Assembly: GCF_006345805.1 (NCBI RefSeq)
Contig: NW_021834176.1
Span: forward strand, 1 to 51,153
From: Octopus sinensis
Taxonomy: Eukaryota
Direction: 5' to 3'
DNA length: 51,153 bases
The notes beneath the pieces were generated by a model. The model searched no databases. It saw nothing but the letters and a program-made list of their open reading frames with translations, and had not been told where the DNA came from. Position 1 is the first letter of the stretch, and each line of letters begins with the position of its first letter. The position numbers and the translations under genes are program-made. This document shows positions 47,475 through 51,153 of the stretch, piece after piece.

Positions 47475-47475
<1 letters not shown>
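46571..47475. repeat. Three diverged copies of an about 320-bp unit (one inverted, two tandem)
   Basis: The unit contains CGGAAATTGCCGAAACTGACGCGTTAGTC...CACATTTAGTGA. Copies: minus at 46571-46819, plus at about 46899-47170 and about 47171-47475. Confidence 0.85.
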
Positions 47476-47522
<47 letters not shown>

Positions 47523-47743
47523 GTGTGTGTGTGTGTGTGAGTGAGTGTGTGTGTGTATGTATGTATATACATATATACATAATGCTGAAAGATTTAAAAG
47601 GCCAGACAATGGAAATGGATTTTAAGATTTCAGTTTACGTTAAAATCTATTTGCATTGTTTGGCCTTTTAAATCTTTCAACATTATGTTCCTTATACAAT
47701 GTTTCAAGCAAACTATAAATTCTTTATATATATATATATGCAT

Positions 47744-47907
47744 GGGCGCAAGTGTGGCTGTGTGGTATGTAGCTTGCTTCCCAACCACATGGTTCTGGAT
47801 TCAACCCCACTGCGTTGCACCTTCGACAAGTGTCTTCTATATTTCAGAGCGACCACAGTGAATTCGGTAGACAGAAACTGAAACAAGCCAGTGGTATATA
47901 CGTGTTT

Positions 47908-47938
<31 letters not shown>

Positions 47939-48143
47939 AATGTATGTATGGATATGTTTGTCCACCATCGTTTCACAACCGATGTTGGAGTGTTTACGTC
48001 CCCTGAGCTAGCGTTTCGACAAAAAAGTGCGATAAAATAGGTATTAGGTTTACAAGAGAATAAGTCCTGGGGTCGATTGGTTCGACTAAAGGTGGTGCTC
48101 CAGCATGGCTGCAGTTAAATGACTGAAAGAAATAAAAGACTAA
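47744..48143 (+). mobile_element. SINE family A, full length
   Basis: GGGCGCAAGTGTGGCTGTGTGGTATGTAGC...GGTGGTGCTCCAGCATGGCTGC...GACTGAAAGAAATAAAAG. Confidence 0.92.
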
Positions 48144-48821
48144 AGGTGTGTGTGTGTGTGTCTGTGTGTATGTGTGTGTGTATATATATATTCTGTTTTG
48201 ACTAAATCAGTCATAATCTTTGTCTTCCCGATTTCATGTTTTTCTTTTCTATTGACAACTGCGTGGCAATTTTTTCTTCATGATTTTTTACTGAGACAGA
48301 CTTAGAATTTTGCGAAAAAAAACCTTACATTTCCAAAGCTGAAAATTTCATCTCAATGATTACATTTAGTTTGCATTCACCATAGCTCTTCACCACAATT
48401 TTGCAGTTGCTGCAGTTCTTATTCATTATAATTTCTAACTGTATCGTTGTCATTGCAATTCGCCTATTTATCTCGTTTCCCCATAAAGGGTTCATCATAA
48501 TGCATAAAGGAATGTCCAGGACAGAGAACGATGTAGGAGGTTAATAAAAAAATTCAATGTGACAGAACGTCAGATATATAATGGTAACAAATGGACTTAT
48601 AGTTCTATTTATCTATATAAACATGTATATATCTAAATGGTTCCATGTGTTTGTGCGTGCGTCTCTATGCGTCTTAAAATTTCCTGGGGTGATATATCAT
48701 ACACGCACAGGCACAGTGTTGTACATGCATATACATATATATATAATATATATATATATTATAATATAAACAAAGTTAAATGCGATACAATAAAATAAAA
48801 ATTATAATCGCCGGTGTACCA

Positions 48822-48883
<62 letters not shown>

Positions 48884-48885
48884 CC

Positions 48886-48943
48886 CCCTCCCTTGTTCCT
48901 ACTATATGTATATATATATATATATAGTAGAAACAAGGGAGGG
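48886..48943. repeat. 19-bp inverted repeat around a TA spacer
   Basis: CCCTCCCTTGTTCCTACTA and TAGTAGAAACAAGGGAGGG, 1 mismatch. Confidence 0.75.
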
Positions 48944-48989
48944 AGAGATTTTCGATAATCCCCACTGGTGAGCTGTAATGCAAAAAAAT

Positions 48990-50300
48990 ATATACGTAAA
49001 GTAAAAGAGAAATGCAAACAGTTTACCCAGTTTTAATATATTTTTTTATATATTTTATGAGAGAGTATTCTTTTTTCACTGGTTTCGCTTTCGCTAATCA
49101 TGACATTGAAATCATGGTAATTTCGTATTTCTTTCACAAGCTTTTTAATCCCTGCTGTGTATGGGAGTTTGTGAATGAATCAACAAGTAGAAAAATTTAA
49201 GGGGAGGTAATTGGTGATCGTTTTTATTCGGGACAAGGTTCATTTTCGTGCAAGGTGTTAAATAAATATACAAAAACTGAAACAGTAAAGTAGTGAATGG
49301 TATATGAACATGAATTAAAACATACACTGAGACCAACGTTGGTTGTTCGTTTATATTTAAGCGTGTTCTGTATTTTTCGATAAATAAATTTTCTTTATTT
49401 AAATGTTCTTATACATGAATTGTTTCTTTGCAGTGGTAGATGGGGAAAACTGTGAAGTTTCGTTGGATATTACCTGGTTGAAACACATCACAGTATGCGT
49501 TCACTCAAAGGAATCTGTCTGATCTGTGTGAAACAGACATGCTCCTTATGTTGTGTGGTTCTCCGTCTAAGTGCTATATTGTCTGTCCTTTATAGTTATG
49601 TCCACAACCTGAACAAGTTATGACATAAATTAGATTCTCTGACGCACAAGTGAAATTGGTTTTAATTATGAACCTCTTTCCTTGTTTGAATAGGAATTCT
49701 AAGGCTTCGAGTAATTTTGGGCATGTTCCACAGTTTGGGCGTCTACATCTTCTAACCATTGGTTCCGTGTTTTCTGTGAAAAGATTCGCATTTGTCAGAA
49801 GTCTTTTCAGTGATCTGTGATTATATTTGCTTTGGATTACTTTATGTGTTTGCAGAATGCTGTTCATTTTGGGATCCCTAGTGAGCATAGGTAGATTTTG
49901 AAGAATAGTGTTGTATGTTTGATCGTTTCTAGAGTTGAGAGTTGGTATATACGGTAATGTTTTGAGATAAGGTGTCGTGTTACGTTATTCTAATGCCTAA
50001 GATTTTGACACACTTAATTCCACCTTCTATAAGTGGGGATGAATATTGTGTCTCAGTTTTGTTCTGAGGTTTTGGAAGCTGAGATTCCGGATATTTACAC
50101 CAGACACTATTGTGCAAATCCTTTTTGCGAAATTTAAGGGGATATTTATTTTCATGTGTTTCGGGTGTCATGAGATAAGCAGAAGATATTGACTTTTGAG
50201 TTCGTTGGTTTATGATAAATGTCATTTACAATTTGGTTGTTAACTTCTTTCCTCATATGTATAAAAAAGGGCGCTGTTCTCTTCTGTATGCTATTTACAC
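48990..50300 (-). mobile_element. Penelope-like retroelement remnant PLE-3 (RT thumb, linker, GIY-YIG, 3' UTR)
   Basis: DIYHKPTNSK, CRRPNCGTC, TNFTCASENLIYVITCSGCGHNYKGQT and NKENLFIEKY, with many frameshifts. The 5' end abuts a CA/TA tract. Confidence 0.88.
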
Positions 50301-50596
50301 ACACACACACTACATGATTATATATATATTTGTATAATGTATGTATATACATATATAATATATATATAATAATATATATATATATATATATATATTATAA
50401 TATGTATATATGTATGTATTATATATACTTCAATTAACAGGTTGATATATATTAATATAGAGATATGTGAGAAATTTGACAGCTGACTGTTGGTGCTGCC
50501 ACGTACACAGAGATAGACACACATACATCATTGAAAGACACGCAAAACAGAGAGAAACACAGAAAGATAGACACGCAGACATACAATCAGACAGAC

Positions 50597-50605
50597 AGAT
50601 CGATC

Positions 50606-50704
<99 letters not shown>

Positions 50705-50716
50705 GGATAGATAGAT

Positions 50717-50786
<70 letters not shown>

Positions 50787-50815
50787 GATAATAGATAGAT
50801 AGATAGATATAGATG

Positions 50816-50858
<43 letters not shown>

Positions 50859-50863
50859 GGATG

Positions 50864-50942
<79 letters not shown>
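50597..50942. repeat. (GATA)n microsatellite
   Basis: Direct reading of the sequence. Confidence 0.95.
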
Positions 50943-50944
<2 letters not shown>

Positions 50945-51153
50945 CTTTTTATTGTAGCCACACAGGGCTAACACAGAATAAAATGGACGAAATACAATGT
51001 AGAATTTTTTCTTTTCGAGGTGGGATGGGTGGGGCAAGAAAAAAAAAAAAAAAAAAAAAAAACGTTTGATCAATAGGGATCTGTGGGTTGTGTGGTGTAT
51101 AAAAAAGCAATATATATATATATATAAGGTTCACAGTTTAGGTGTAGTCTTGG

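Noticed and set aside
16600-49630. Apparent 16-17 kb periodicity of the three GIY-YIG remnants
   Set aside because: The flanks are not homologous and the elements are divergent with different truncations, so this is not a segmental tandem repeat; probably coincidence.

Overview
AT-rich, microsatellite-saturated eukaryotic non-coding DNA (intronic or intergenic). The SINE repertoire and repeat landscape look like an octopod cephalopod (Octopus-like); this is inferred from pattern recognition, not from a database search. No complete protein-coding gene is visible, and most ORF-track entries are translations of (TA)n, (CA)n, (GATA)n, (ATC)n and (GAT)n repeats. Supportable content: (i) three diverged, decayed Penelope-like retroelements (RT thumb, Cys linker, GIY-YIG), all on the minus strand and bounded by (TA)n-type tracts; (ii) six hammerhead-ribozyme-like folds, of which one has an intact core and two at PLE 3' ends share a compensatory U3-A8 core (UUGAAAA); (iii) a 1.35-kb CR1/L2-type LINE RT remnant whose 3' tail is shared with the most abundant SINE here, a second CR1-type fragment, and a probable L1/Tx1 fragment; (iv) a DD37D (maT) transposase remnant, two mariner fragments, a hAT-type element with an 8-bp TSD, several MITEs and a probable Helentron-type element; (v) more than 20 tRNA-derived SINE copies in four families, labelled A-D here; (vi) a few low-confidence candidate spliced exons. 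All coordinates were read by eye and element boundaries are approximate (about +/-20 nt) unless a motif is quoted.
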